A stretch of DNA of 64,000 nucleotides from the NCBI RefSeq assembly GCF_037042905.1, contig NC_087245.1:1364001-1428000 (forward strand), given 5' to 3'. The position numbers were made by a program, and so were the translations under genes. The notes below the pieces were generated by a model. That model saw nothing but the letters and a program-made list of their open reading frames with translations, had not been told where the DNA came from and did not search any database. The DNA comes from Lytechinus pictus. Its lineage: Eukaryota. How positions within the stretch are numbered: position 1 is the stretch's first letter; every line of letters begins with the position of its first letter. This document shows positions 1 to 14,700 of the stretch, one piece after another.

Positions 1-1250
1 AAATAATGTCATTTTTGTTTGTATTTATATATTTTGTAATAAAGATGTCTTCATATTAAGAATGAAACATCCTTGTAGTTTGAAAAGTAATTATAGTCTA
101 TTTTTTCTGTATTCTTTTTTTTCCCCTCTATCCATCTTTTATGACAAGAGATCAATAAAAAAGCAGCCTATTTTATGCATATAGGAGGAGGAATAATCTA
201 ATTAGATTAGAGGTCAATGGTCATGTACTTACAAATATCTTGTTCTCAAAATGAATTAAGAAATACTTCATAGATTACCTCCAAACACTGGTTAATATTT
301 CTATTGTCTATATGCAAAATAATTAAATAAAAACAAATATACATTTCAAAGAGCGTTCTATGAATGACTAGAAAAGAAATGAAAATATTACTGTAGTGAC
401 AATGGTAAAACGGAATGGTGACATTTATATGCATATGTAGGCAAAGATTATCTAATTAAACTTGGGGTCACAAGATTATTGGTCTCAAGTTTGCAATATA
501 CTTCTGATCTGACAACGGTGGGGACATTAATTCTACTGTGTATAGTTTAGATTCCATCTGGACACAACCAAAAGTAATTACCCCCTTTTATATATTGCCA
601 CAATTTCATAACAAAACTGTTTTGATCAAGATAGATTTGACAGGAATGTTTCTAAACTTACTTGCTAATTTCTGTGAGACGTATTTATCCCCAAAGTCAT
701 GCATGAGTAAACCAATTGTCACTTTTCTGATCATTTTAAGCCAAAATGAGAGTAATTGATGAAATTTACCCCTTTATTTTAATGTGAAGTGTGCTCACTT
801 GGCCATGTTACATGTAGTTACAACATATCTTTATAACCTGTACACATTTATTTTACTGATTAATGTATAATTAATTTTGAAAAGATTAATATTTAGACTC
901 GGCTCACAGACTTCTAAAAAAATGTGTAAAAAGTGTGAGGGGGCATCAAAGGTTAGATGAAATAAATCAAAAGTATTTCCAAAACATTGTGACAGAATTC
1001 AGGATCACAAATCCTTGAAAATGGTCTCTGTGACTTTTGAAGTGTCATTTTGGCCTTTTTACTCACTTATGCATGACTTGACAGATCAATCTCATTTCCA
1101 CACAAAAGTTGGTAAATGAGCATTTCTTTAAAAATTATGTTACTAAAACCATTTTTTTTAAGTTGAATCTAAAAATGTTGCCCTAAAAAGGTAGTCTTCC
1201 TTGACCTAGAAATACTAAGGCCTGCTTTATACCTGAGGCAAACCTTTGAC

Positions 1251-1408
1251 CACTAGCGTACTTACGGGGGGGGGGGGGCAGAGGGGCAGTCTGCCCCCCC
1301 CCCCCTGACAAGCCACCACCCATGCACGTATCCCTGCCCCCCTGACGAGCTTGAAAGACCTTTTTGCCCCCCTGACGAAAATCCTGGAAAATCCTAGGTA
1401 CGCCGCTG
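1251..1408. mobile_element. Short hAT-type MITE
   Basis: Imperfect TIRs, perfect 8-bp TSD CCTTTGAC; related to 35474-35755. Confidence 0.85.
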
Positions 1409-3908
1409 CCTTTGACTGACAATGGCTCATGTACATAAATCATGTGCTACAATGCTAAGTGCATCTTACTTGGGGATAAAGAACATTTTGAACTGACAGG
1501 CATATTGTATCAAAATTATGGTGGCAATGGCTTTCCATAATCAAGCTTGGTGTATAGGATCTGTCTCATCTCTTTGTAAGCCTCGGTTCTTTTATTCCAG
1601 CTATAAGGCAAATTGTCATGCCCCCAAAGACATAATTGTCTCATCACCAGAATCATTCTCTTCAGTTACTTTTTATTTGTCACTTTCATGACTATAAACA
1701 AAGATATGAATAATCCAAGTGTCTTTCAATTTACCATTTTTATTGTCAATCCATATTTGATTCTCAATTGCACTCCAATCTTCATCATTAATATCAAACA
1801 TACATAATTGATACAATTACACTGCCAAACCATCATTATGAAAGAACAATTTTTGAACATATTGATGCGTATACCAAAGTGTACATATCACAAATATAAT
1901 CTAAATCAACCCATTACTGATACATTTGAAGTAAAGATTCCAATATTATTTAAAAAGCACAACACCAAAAGTAATACATCAATAGTACATTCATCAATAG
2001 TGGACATTTGAATACATACAATGAAATCAATTATAATGTTCTGATTTATGGAATAATGTCAGTGATTTCAAAAGGATGTTATAGTTTAAAACAATTTTTG
2101 TTTTACTTTAATTTCCTTAGAACAGAGCATGAATTAAGATGAATTAGATTGAATGAAATGCCATTATACTGCAAATGTGCCAGATGCACGTCCTTATGAT
2201 TAAACCATTTCAACATAAAGTGAAAAAAATATATACGTTATTGTGTGTTAAGTTTCTTATACCAATAGTATTGTACGGTTACATATCTCTGGAACATCTT
2301 CATCACGTTTTGTTTGAAATGCTGCCAACTGACAATTTGAAATGATGTGAATTTCATAGTTTCTAGTAATTTTATATATTTTTATCCTTACGAATTCTCA
2401 ACATGTTTTAATGCCTATAAGCAATTTATGTCATTTTCTCTGTGAATAGCTAGGTTCAAGGAACAATTTTTCATCAAGGGAATGTATTTGGTTCCAAGTC
2501 TGTTTGAGATAATGACTTTAATACGGCAAATTTAGTATTGTTAAACTTCTATCATTAGATTGGTTACCAACTTCATGCCTTGATTATAATTACAATTACA
2601 AATGTAGATTAAGTATAATAAGAATAATAACAGTAGGCCTTTCATATTAATCAGGGCCCACCGGGAGAACAGTTTTCAGAACTGAAGTGGCTACCCTGGG
2701 TAAAATATGGCATTATTATTATATTATTATTTGTATTATTATCATAAGTATAACTTGTCATAAACTCCATGGCCAAACACTTTGAAAAAAATTGACTGGT
2801 GTCTTTTTGAATTCCAAACTGAGGGCGCCCCTCCCCCGCCCCCAGAATCGGGGATTTTGACATGAGTACTGAGAAAGCGTGTTTCTAATTTCATTATAGC
2901 TCCATAAATTGTGTCTTGCCGAATATAGGCTATCGAAAAAATATTTTAAAATAAAATGAAACAAAACGGCAAAACCTGACGTGCTGACTTTACATGACGA
3001 CTAAGAAAGTTTTCTCTCTCCTGAAGGGCCTACATCAATACTTACATACATTCAGATTTTGACACAAATCAGTGATTTTTTTTAAAAGTAATGCTCAGCT
3101 GCAAGTGGTTATTACTCAAAAGTTAATTCCTTGGTGCAATGCTTGTACTGACTACAAAACACTCAACAGTTTCACAGTACTGTTATATCATTACATACCT
3201 AAGCACCCTATCATCTGATATCATAAAATATGATTTTTGAACTTTGGAAGTGACTCCATTTAGTATTATATTAAATTAGTAGTATATTTGCTTAGTTTTC
3301 TAAGCAACCTGTAAGAACATTAGAGACTATCCATATGCCCCCTTTTAGTTAACAAACATTCAAAGTACAAGTTGTTAGGACAGTGAATTATCTCTACTTC
3401 AAACTCTCAAAAATTATTACACGAAAGCAATGATTTATTAGCTTTAGCAAATGAAACTGTCCTGCTCTGGACCTTTAATCAAAAGCTCTTAATCTCGTTA
3501 GCAGAGAAAAGTGTTTTTTCCAGTATACATCTTGTTTCAATCATATGAATATGAACATGTACAATAAGATTTTTGATCGAAATTTGTTTTCTCATTCTAG
3601 ATGTGTATTATTTAATCCCAAAACCTTCAACTTTTAATTCAGTTATCACTGGATATGAGCTCAATGTTTTAAAATAATAGTTACGTAACTTACAAAAAAA
3701 AAAACGTTGGGGCCCAGTGAGACTGAATTTATGCTGTGCTGATGTGTCCATTTCGTTGTAATCCATTTCGTGGTTTACATATCGCTAAGTAGTAAGTTCA
3801 TGTTTAAGTTCATTAATTTAACTTAAATTAACTGAAAGTTAGTATCATACACGTATTTGTTATGCATTTTTGAGGCAGTCCATGAATTGATGAAAACAGA
3901 GTAGCAAT

Positions 3909-3911
<3 letters not shown>

Positions 3912-3963
<52 letters not shown>
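3912..3963. repeat. (TA)n microsatellite
   Basis: Seen directly. Confidence 0.95.
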
Positions 3964-3965
<2 letters not shown>

Positions 3966-4008
3966 GAGATGAGGCCAACTCAAAAGATGACACAGGACAC
4001 CATTCTTA

Positions 4009-4046
4009 TATTTAGCTTTCGTCTTTAATAAGACTTCGTCAGAAGC
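4009..4046 (-). ncRNA. Minimal type I hammerhead, stem I weakened
   Basis: Same core and stem II as 4596-4633, but the 3' strand of stem I is AAUA rather than AAGC. Confidence 0.65.
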
Positions 4047-4595
4047 GTCTGAAAAATATAAGGAGATACAACATCCAAGTTTGTCTTGCACATCAATGAA
4101 TTACGGTATAATTAAGTTGAATATATTCCATAATCTCATTAGACAGGTGAATGTATGAATAAGTTAATTAATTAATAACAAATAATTGATTAGATTAAAA
4201 TAATAATTATATAAATGAAGAAGACATACCTGTAATTACAGACTATTGTGGTAGTAAAGTAGGATGCCTACCGTATTCTATCTCGTTCTTAAAAAAAGGT
4301 GTCACAAATTGAAAAAATGAAAACATTGGTCGCTGTTTGTGACACTTTTTTTAAGAACGAGATAGAATACGGTAGGCATCCTACTTTACTACCACAATAG
4401 TCTGTAATTACAGGTATGTCTTCTTCATTTATATAATTATTACTTTAATCGAATTAATTATTTGTTATTAATTAATTAACTTATTCATACATTCACCTGT
4501 CTAATGAGATTATGGAATATATTCAACTTAATTATACCGTAATTCATTGATGTGCAAGACAAACTTGGATGTTGTATCTCCTTATATTTTCAGAC

Positions 4596-4633
4596 GCTTC
4601 TGACGAAGTCTTATTAAAGACGAAAGCTAAAGC
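4596..4633 (+). ncRNA. Minimal type I hammerhead ribozyme
   Basis: GCUU-CUGACGA-A-GUCUU(AUUA)AAGAC-GAAA-GC-UA-AAGC: full core, 5-bp stem II, 4-bp stem I, palindromic AGCU helix III. Confidence 0.8.
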
Positions 4634-5513
4634 TAAGAATGGTGTCCTGCGTCATCTTTTGAGTTGGCCTCATCTCATTATGTTTCATACTCACACCTCA
4701 AGAGCGTTTGGTACAAGTAAACTTGTCATCACATTATATATATATATAATCTTTCATAATACAGCAGCAAATATGCCTACCATTTAAAATTTTATGATAT
4801 GAATAAATGTATCTTCCCGACTGGAAAAGGGATTTGTCTTTCATCTGATATAGACAGATATTGAAGTTCCAATTTGATAAATTTCTCGTACTTTTATAAG
4901 CATTTTTTAAACTAATTTTGCTGTTTAAAAAATTTGAATATGTAACTGTTCCTTGAAGGAATATTAAATGAGAATGAATCCCTGAAACCAGTTGAAATTC
5001 ATATAAAAGAGAAAAATCAAATCAATGAAAGGTTGAGGAAGACAAAATGAATAATAAGAAAGTTATGAACATTTGAACATTAATTACGATTACTAATGCT
5101 ATGTAGATCCTCCCATTGGCAATTTCCAAAGCTCATAACATTCTTATTATTAATTCAATCTTCCTTTAAACTTTCAATAATATTTCTTTCATATTCTTTT
5201 TCACATGAAACCATCTAATTTCAAATGTTTTATTCTCCTTTAAAAAATGGGGCCTTGTAAGGTTTATTTTATTATTTCAAAAAAATCATGTTGTATTTTA
5301 TCATAAAATCAGATTCTGAAATTTCACCAGATTACAGCATGCAGTTAGAATTAGTGAATTTGAAAAAGTTAGAAAAGGTGAGTTTGTTTTGCTTCCATTT
5401 CAGGATAAGTCATTTCAGATTTTTTTTTCTTTGTAAAGTGAGATAGAAAGATGCCGCCCTTTAGATTGCTAGTTTGTTATGTCAGAATACCAATTATGAA
5501 TAGCAATAACGAA

Positions 5514-5762
5514 TCAAAGCCTGAAAACGAATGTTGTAATGAAAGCAGCCAGTATCACGGTAACCATTCCAGGGGATGATCTCGCTGCATCATCAGTGGG
5601 TGATGGATGGAAGTGACCATCATCGCCCTCATCGTCATCAGTGACCACGGAATAGATGGTGCGCAAATTACGGTCCTGAATATCACGGTAATTATCGTAC
5701 ATATGCATCTCATTGCCGTCTTCATCTACCGCTTCACTCATCAGTTGGCGCATGGTTTGCAG
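5514..5762 (-). CDS. CA exon 8: LQTMRQL...DNYRDIQ...acidic linker and hydrophobic C-terminus, stop
   Basis: T-rich tract + TAG acceptor, phase 0; ends MVTVILAAFITTFVFRL*, resembling a GPI-addition signal. Confidence 0.93.
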   Translation of the reverse strand: MQTMRQLMSEAVDEDGNEMHMYDNYRDIQDRNLRTIYSVVTDDDEGDDGHFHPSPTDDAARSSPGMVTVILAAFITTFVFRL

Positions 5763-8700
5763 CTATTAAAAAAAAAACGAAGAAAAGTGTGAGACAAAAT
5801 TGATCTCATTTGTTGGCCTTATTACTTCGTTCGTTTGCATTTCATTCCTTCATGGTCCAATTTGTTTATTTGATATTTTTTAATCATAGATCTACCTTTT
5901 ATACCGTCATTCATTCATTATATTATTATTTAATATATATTGGTGTGTTTTATGATGAATGAATGAATTAATTAATTAATCAATTAGTTAATCAATTAAT
6001 TAATTAATTTTCATCCAATACAATAATGATAACCATTTTATAAGATTATAGCCAATTAGTTATGAATACATAGACAGCAAGGATAATAAGAAACAGAAAA
6101 TTGCATTTATGCTAGTCATTTCTAGTCCCTTGTAGTATGGCCGTTTAAACGTTATGTTTTTAATCTTGGTAGTTACAAATGAACAAAAATTGATATTGTA
6201 TGATATCTAGCATATGAATGTAGTCTGTAACAAAGACTAAAAGTACTGATATAAAATGATAACAAAATCCCATGTCTTCAATTTCTACACAGATATGTTC
6301 CAAGGCAGCTTTACGAAAAGTTGACCTTAATGGTTTCTTTCTTATTCTGATTGGTAGCAGGGGCGTAGCAGGGATCGGTGGCCAGGGGGGGGGGGGGTCA
6401 AGAGCCATACATTTCCCGGTCCATGGTATTAACAGTCAATGGCGTAATGAAGCAAACATTTTGAAGGGGCAAATAATGGCGTATCGGGGGGGGGGATGAA
6501 AAGTTGTGAGTGAGCAAAAGTTTCGACATTTTTACTGCAAAAATCAAATTTTGTGATGAATTTTGACATAACATTCAGAAAATGACATCATATTTCACCC
6601 GTCTCTCTTTCCTTTTTTTTTGGTCTGTACGCCAATGTGATCAGGGCTTTTTTAATGATTGTGCGCGAACACTAAACCTTACAGATTTTAAACCTTACAG
6701 ATGACCGCTAATTAATTCAACGCAGTAACGTTATAATCCAAATGCTTTTAGGGGCACATGCATAGCAAATGTGGGAAAATTACAACAACAACAACAAAAG
6801 TTAGCGAGCGAAGCGAGCCAGAAAGAAAATGGCCTGTTGAAATGAAGTTCTAATTATGTGACCGATTTCCACATCATAGCAAATAACCAAATATTTCATT
6901 GTTTTCCATTAATTTCATTTCGTTGTCCCCTTTATTTTCTTTAATTTCCCCTTGGCTTTGAAACCCCCCTCCCCTGTACGCCAGTGCTTCAACGTAAAGT
7001 TTTATGCAGGAAGGGTCCATACAAGAGCCTGTTATAGAGCCCTTTGAAGGTTACCGATGAAGAGCCCCCACTCCCCTGGTAGCTTTGGAGATTTAACAAG
7101 CTTATGATAGACATTATACATAATTTTATGTGTCCGTTCTTTATTTTCAATCCTTGGCAACCCAGTCGTGTAATCTTGTCAGTTTCCTTTATTTTCAAAT
7201 CTAGCTTTTGGCTCATTCCATTCTACATTCATTTCCCGCTTTTGTGTTCCCTTTTTGTCATCTTTTAATTTATTTTCCTATACTCTTTCTAATCATGCTA
7301 ATGTATTGATATTTCGGGTGTGTGTTTTTTTTTGGTTCTTTCTCACATGTTTTTCTTTTCCCGTTTTCCTTCCGTTCAGTCCCTTTTGTATTTTTTTAAA
7401 GTTTTTTTTTCACGTTTCCCTCCCCCATTTCCTATTTTTTCTTCCTTTTCTTTCCATTTCGCCTTTTTCTTTCTTTCACCCTTTTCTCCTTTTCCCGTCC
7501 CCCCCCCCCCCCGGTGAATTCCGAAAGGGGCAACTTTCACCCCTGCCCACCCCCCCCGCCTGTTACGCCACTGACTATGATTGAACAGTGTATACATCCA
7601 TGAAAGAAAATGATATATATCAACAAACTATAATGATTATACTTGACAAAGTAGAAAGTTAAATAAGAATAGAAATGAAATTATGAAAGAACTCATCAGA
7701 GAAGAAAATCAATAAGCCTACATCACAAATTTTGTTAATATATTATTTTCATAACTCATATTTCAGCACCTATCGAAATAAACAAAACCGAATACAATGA
7801 TATGAATATAAGTAAAAAAAAATTATCTACAATACAAAAATGACAGCCAAGTCACGATCGTTGAAGCATGAACCATCTCCAGTTCTTTGCCAAATTTGTT
7901 CAATCATGAATAATCATGATTTGTATAATATTGAATCATATCAAATCAATTCAACTACAATGACTCCGGCAATGACTTCAAACGATATATAATTTAGTTT
8001 ATAATAATGAGCATTTTGAACTTGGAATGTGAATGTCACTTTAGCCTTTCTAGTGTATTTATTGAGCTGTTGTACAATTAATACTATACAGTGAATATTT
8101 TTCAGCCAATAACCGCAATGTTTCATGCATATCTCTTACCTGACTCTTTGAAATTTTGATGGTATCTTCAAATAGTGTCCACGTCACAACTTCGTTGCAC
8201 AGAGGTGTAGTGAGAGAACCATCATATCGCCAAAATTTATCAAGTGATGAAGGTAGTAAGGATGAGAGGGTCAAGTCGTGTATCTCTTCTTCAGTATCTG
8301 AAATTTTATTCAGATCAATATTGTTGTTTTATGCATTTTGAAACTCGATTGAAAATCTGGTTATAGTATAGCATATAATTACAGGGGCGGTGCTACAGAG
8401 GAGGGGGGGGGGGGGCTGGGGCGACTATCCCATCCATTTTTAGGTAGAAAAACAAAATAGGAGAGGATAAAAAAACTAAAATACTGAAATAGGGGAAGAA
8501 AGAGGGAGGAAGACGAGTATAAAAAGAGAGTTATGTGTCGTGTATTAAAGCTGATAATATCCGACATCAATATTGATAGGACGTCACCTTTAAACCGCCC
8601 CCACCATCAAATATCCTGGCGCCTGGCGCAAAAAATAATCCGTATGATAGTGTCTAAGCTTTACTTTTTTCCATCTAACTGGAAACCCCATGTTTGTCTT

Positions 8701-11700
8701 CCTTCGATGCTTCGCCCCCTCCCCTTAACATTATGTCGTCAACTTAAAATAATTCGTTCGTTTATTATATTTTGTTTGGGGGACTCTAATTCTGTAAATC
8801 ATAAACAAAAGGCAAGGATCTCCGTAGTGCATGGTATATGGAACATGACAAAGAATTAGTCTGGATACTTAGCGGCATGTTTTCACCTACTCTATGATAT
8901 TGATAGGGACGCGACACTGCCTCTAATTTCGCCTCCCACTTGTCGACTGCGGCCTTCTTGACTGCCAATCAGTGTCTGTGCCAGCAAGACTATGGTTATT
9001 CCTAGTGGCGTGCCTATACGCGCCATTAATAGTATAGTTATGGAATCTTTACTGTATTCGAAATACAGTATTCGCCGACCGTACAACGCAAACATCGCCA
9101 ACATCCAGCAAAGTCACCATGATAGTCGAGCACGAATGAACATAGCTAGCCTGTCTGCCTGCACCGATCGTCAACAAAAGAGCACTCGTCAAATTAAATC
9201 TACGAATAGAACAAAATCACCAACTGTCAGAATTAAATGCGTGTATGACTTCACGTATATCCTTTCGTTGGAAAGAAAGTAGAAAAGCAAGCTTGGATGC
9301 CAGTGAGTGATGGTGGTGGTGGTGGGGGAGGGGGGTGATTGATATTGAGCTCAAATTTCCAAATTATAGCAATATCCCCAAATCAAGGGGTATTTCAAGG
9401 GGGGTACTAGAGCGGGCGATGCGAGCGAGTAAATTTTCATTCATTGGTTGAAAGACCAAATTGTGTACAATAACTTCTTTCAATATAGGAGAATATGAGG
9501 AATTAGATTCTCATATTACGAGAGAACGTGGTGAGCGAGCATAAAAGGTTACTCTCCGTCGCAGAATAACATGTGCATAAATTTCAGAGAAAATTAAGGG
9601 GCCATAACGAAATGACATTATAAAAAGAATATGAATGTATTACACTAAACTATTAAATGATAGAATAGTCGATGAGACTGAGAATTTCCACTTGCCAAAT
9701 TTCAGCATATTAACAACATTTAAAGATAAATTTACACGCCTTAAATAATTTTTATGATACAAGCAATATTATTTCTTTATCGACTCAATGTGCGGGATTT
9801 TTGTACAAGTCACCCCCCCCCCCCATCCGAAAAGTGAATACTTACGAGGTTGCATAATGTGACTAACTTGATCCAGTATCTTGTCAAGTGCCTCGTTATC
9901 TTCGTCGTCTTCCTACAGATAGAATGGGAGAAAAAAATATGATTTATTGCATCGTCGATGTTTCCAATAATCAACCATAAACTTTAGAATTACCGTTTTT
10001 AAATTGTTATAATAATTAATGACAATGTCAAGTTTAGGGTATATGAACTATTATTGCAATATCAATTAGTTGTTGTCGATAATTCAACAATAAAATAATA
10101 AGGTTTGCATTATGACGCTCATATCTGCCATATATAATCAATTCCTCTTTGTCACAAAGTGAAGAAAAAAGACCGGAAAGAAGAAAAGTGGGAAAATGCC
10201 GGATGATGACGTGTGAGCCCCTACTTTGACATCCCCTCCCTTTTAATGTTAAAATTTTAAAGGTAAAGTCCACCCCAGAAAGTAAAGATAAAGAAAATCA
10301 AGCACAACACTGAAGATTTCATGAAGATCGGATGTAAAATAAGGAAGTTATGACATTTAAAGTTTCGCTTATTTTTCACAAGCACAACAGAGTGATATGT
10401 GAATGAGAGAGACAATGATGTCCCTCACTCACTAATTCTTTTGTTTTGTATCGTTTGAATGTTTCATTTTTTTACTTTTGTGACAACAACTTATCAATAA
10501 GGACCAACTTGACTGAACCATTAGATGTTACATATATATATATATGTATTATATATATATATATAATATTTTATGATGGTTTCTTGTCAATTCGAGGGTG
10601 CTGATTCCACATCTGAATGATGCCACTTTCAACCTTGGGCATTTTTCACCAATTGGCAAAATCCAATATGGCCAACAAAATATGCATTTTACCTATGGAA
10701 ACCACAAATCTGCACATAAATTGACTATAAAATGCATGTAATTATGACCCAGGAGTGAAAAAATGTCTGAAAACACAATTTTTAACAAAATAATTATTTT
10801 CTTGATATTCAAAATCATGGCTGCCACGGACCACTGCCATACTCCGATTATAAGCAGAACATAATTTTCACAAGAGTGAGAACTAAAATTTTAACGCATG
10901 TAATCTTGATCTACGAGCTACTATATGAAAACAATCATTGCCATCAACGAAATATAAATTATCATTACCTATATCATGTATGTAAAAAATGTTGTATTTT
11001 GATATTCCAAACGTCCCTATAATTATACTATGAACAATATGAATGGGAAATAATTTTGACAGAATTTGGCTTTGCTTTACTACAAAATGCCTATGATGTA
11101 AGAATGAAATATATGGCAACATGTTTTCTAACGAGATACATTATTTATTTTGCCATATAGGCGATGAATGCTGTATTTTGAAATCCAAAATAGCCGTCGT
11201 ATACCCTAACAGTATACAATGCGAATGGGGAAACTATACTTTTTCGATTAAGAACCGTATGTTTTACCCTTTCATATTGTGCATAAAGGAGTGTACAGGG
11301 TCTGTAGTGGCTTTATTGATAATGAGAACTGAAAAAAGAAATCATGTTTTCAGACACTATTACACTCCTGCTTCACAATTACAGACATTAATTTTTGATA
11401 GTCAAATTTTTGTGATTTCCATATGTAATTTTCATATTTTGGCGGCCATATTGGATTTTGCTCATTTGCGGGAAATGCTCAAGGTCACGAGAGTGGTATA
11501 TCATTCATATTTGGAATTAACACCCCCAATTGACAAGAAACCATAAAAACATGTTTATCGAAAAACAAGATTTGGTCCATTATATATGAGACCCAGGATT
11601 ATTTTAATTCAAAGTGAAATGTTGCATGTCGCTGGTTTCTCGTTTTCCCATGTTTAAGGCTAAACGCAGTCAAGTGTAAATCGAATGTGCAATATGGTTA

Positions 11701-14700
11701 TTCATTCAGCTCCGTTGCATCTGTTGTTGATTATCTGAGAGCAACCCCCCCCTCCCCCTCTTTGAAATGAATATAACAGACAACAAATTAAAGAGGATTA
11801 GAAGGCGTTGAAAGGGGCGATGGTTAGAGTCAAGGGCCTAATGCATGTATAAGTCCAAATGGGAATGATAATAAGAATTCTTATTTTTAATTGTTATCAT
11901 TAACATTTGAATTATGATAATAATCATTATCATTATTTATTAATTTGAGATATGATAATGGTAATGTTTCATAAAAAAAAATTAATAATCACATAGCAGT
12001 AACACCCCTTCCTTTCTTAAATGATTCATTGTAATTTGAGGGTCGATGATGATGCAAAATAGTACATTATCTTCGTTTTCGTGCGTAATACGGCTTATCA
12101 ACAGAGTTTTTACAGGGGCGGAACTACAGTAGAAGGGGCTGACTGGGTTACACAAAATACTCAAAATGACCTCACCTGTGTATGGTCTTGCCTGCACACC
12201 CCCCCCCCCCCCATCAAAATACACTGGTACCGCCCCTGACTGAGTATATACAACTTGCTAATCTACCATGACAAGACCTTGAACATCATAATCATATTGG
12301 ATGGTGGGTTGTAGGTCTACATGAAATCAATACGTTATGACTGTCAACAAACATAAGTAATTGAATATTACAAACCTCTAGAAAGAATCCGAGTACTGCA
12401 ATGCCCCCCTTATTCTGTATAGCACTACCAGGGGCTTCAAATGCTGTATCATAATGGACGATGTGCATCTGTAGAAAAAGGGGACACAACTTGCAAATAA
12501 TCATTCATACTTCTTCCTTATGTTTCGTAAATCGAGGAATGATTAAACTTTATGGAGTTTACACCATACTGACAATTTATGAACCACCGACATGAACAAG
12601 CAAGAAAAAAATACTTTTGGTATCATGGGATATACACATTTTCAACATCAATTTGAGATGTTACCCATTACATTAGCAGGTACGTAGCCACGGAGGGGGG
12701 GGGGCGGCATGTGTCCATTAAAAAAAATTAAATGTGTGTTGGAATCTATTACTTTAATAAAAGCCTTCGTACCAATCACTATACACACATTCCTCATAAC
12801 TTTATTTGAAATCTGCCTCGATCTAACATCATTTCACCTACTGTAATATCAATCAACCATTTTTCAGAATTTGTAATCTGTAATTATCAAAGGTGCGTGA
12901 AAGGTCCCCTTTTCAGGTCAATAAAACACAGCTCGCTAGCTTCGTTTATTCGAAAACTAATACCCCCTAAAAATCATGTGTGGAGATCTGCGCAAGTGAG
13001 TGAGGGAATATGTGTATGGTCTATTTTCCCGACGCGCTATGCCAGGAAGCCTTTACGTCACCGGCTCTGATTTAAAATTTGCCCCCTCCGTAAAACTCTG
13101 GATTTGCCCGTTTTCCCCACCCCTCTATTAAAAAAGCAATCAAATTCTGGGTACGGACCTGCTCATTTGTGTAAAAATGGGTTTCCAGGGTAAATGTATT
13201 TTCTTTTATTACCTTCTTTGTGCGTTACAGCGACAAAGTGGGCGAAAATGCTATGGTAAAACAATAAAATTTGAACGTCAATTCTCTGAACCAAATTACA
13301 ACATTAACATTGACGAAAACCACGGGCGGATCCAGCTTTCGCCAATAGGGGGGGGGGGGGTCGATTTTTTTTAAACCGTATTTTTCCCGATCGGGCGTCC
13401 AAAGTTTATTTTGTTTGTTTCTTTGAAGGGGTAGTCCTTATTTCATATTTTACCCTAACATATAAAAAATGTTAATGTTTTTCTTCATTTTCCTCGGTCG
13501 ATAACTTTTTTTTAGGGGGGGTAGAGGGGGTAAGGGCCCCAATGCCCACATCTGTACGCTAGTGTATGTTTGGGCCCTGAATAAATATCGACTTACGTAC
13601 CTCAGCGGGATAACGCTCCCCATCAATAGTATGCTCAGACCCTTGCCTTTTAGTGGAACCAAAATGAAAATGGAACTGGTATGCCCTGAACGTTCCAGTC
13701 AGTCCGCCACCAGTTATATCATAATAACCTGTATCGTCACTTCCAGAGATTTCCACTTCGACTAACAGATAAAAAAAGAGTATCATGAATTAAGTTAAGT
13801 TCGACATCAACATAAAAAGGTTCATTAAATTGAATAGTACAACAAACAATGATCAAATTATTGTTTTTGATCTTTTCTGCAAACGTATACAACCTTTATG
13901 GTTCGGAAGACGAGAGGAAACTACTCAGATGAATAAAACAGTATATTATCAAAACAGATTACATCAATACAAATCAAATCCATTATACATTTATGATTGT
14001 GAGCTTGATGAAATAATCCAGGGATTTACTAATCAGAAAGCGTCAGTAGTCTTTCAAAATCATCTTGAATCGCTGCCTTTTCATCTACTCCTATTTGTTA
14101 TAAAGTTTAATGGGGGATGAGCATCGAAACATTCGTGAAGATATTCATCATGGTTATAAGGTTGCTGTTAACTTGTTATGGCCGGTAGAGTTGAGATTGA
14201 AATTATGATTAATCAAACTGTTTTGGGTGTAAACATAATTATATATTTACTACGATTTGTCAATGTTATACTCACTTGTGAATCCGGGGGGGGGGGGGCA
14301 AAGACGACCCGCGCCGCCCCCCCCCCCTTGAGAGGCACAATTGATTTTTATTTTTCTTGCTTGTCAATTTTTTTTCGTAGACGAATGTCCTTATTCTTGG
14401 TTTGAAAACTTTTTTTTCCTTGTAAATTTTTTCCTCTGGAAAATGTGCCCCCCTTTTGGAAAATCCTGGATCCGCCCCTGGTTATACTGTTAAAGTTGAT
14501 ATAGTAATCTTGTAAATCTTGAAGTAAGACCCTCCCACTTTCTTACTAGAGAGCTTTGGATAGACAACCCAAGATTTCCACTCCAAAATGAAGGTTTTAG
14601 CATAAACGTAGCAATCTGATTTCCAGGGGGCGCTGCCTAACATACGCAGCACCCCTAGAAAAATAATGAGGGTACCCCCAGTACCCCCGCTTCTCAGGAC

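Larger units (their letters stand above)
3962..4680. mobile_element. 719-bp near-perfect palindrome with a hammerhead in each arm; probably Penelope-like (inverted pLTR) non-autonomous element
   Basis: Arms about 3962-4308 and 4336-4680 are reverse complements with few differences; abuts (TA)n at 3912-3963. Confidence 0.85.

Noticed and set aside
1340..1400. CTGACGA...GAAA in a GC-rich MITE (also 35660-35710 and 42024) as hammerheads
   Set aside because: No stem II or closing stem I can be formed.
3828..4787. Two near-identical short ORFs (FSDASDEVLLKTKAK) as duplicated genes
   Set aside because: They are the two arms of the palindrome read through the hammerhead sequence.
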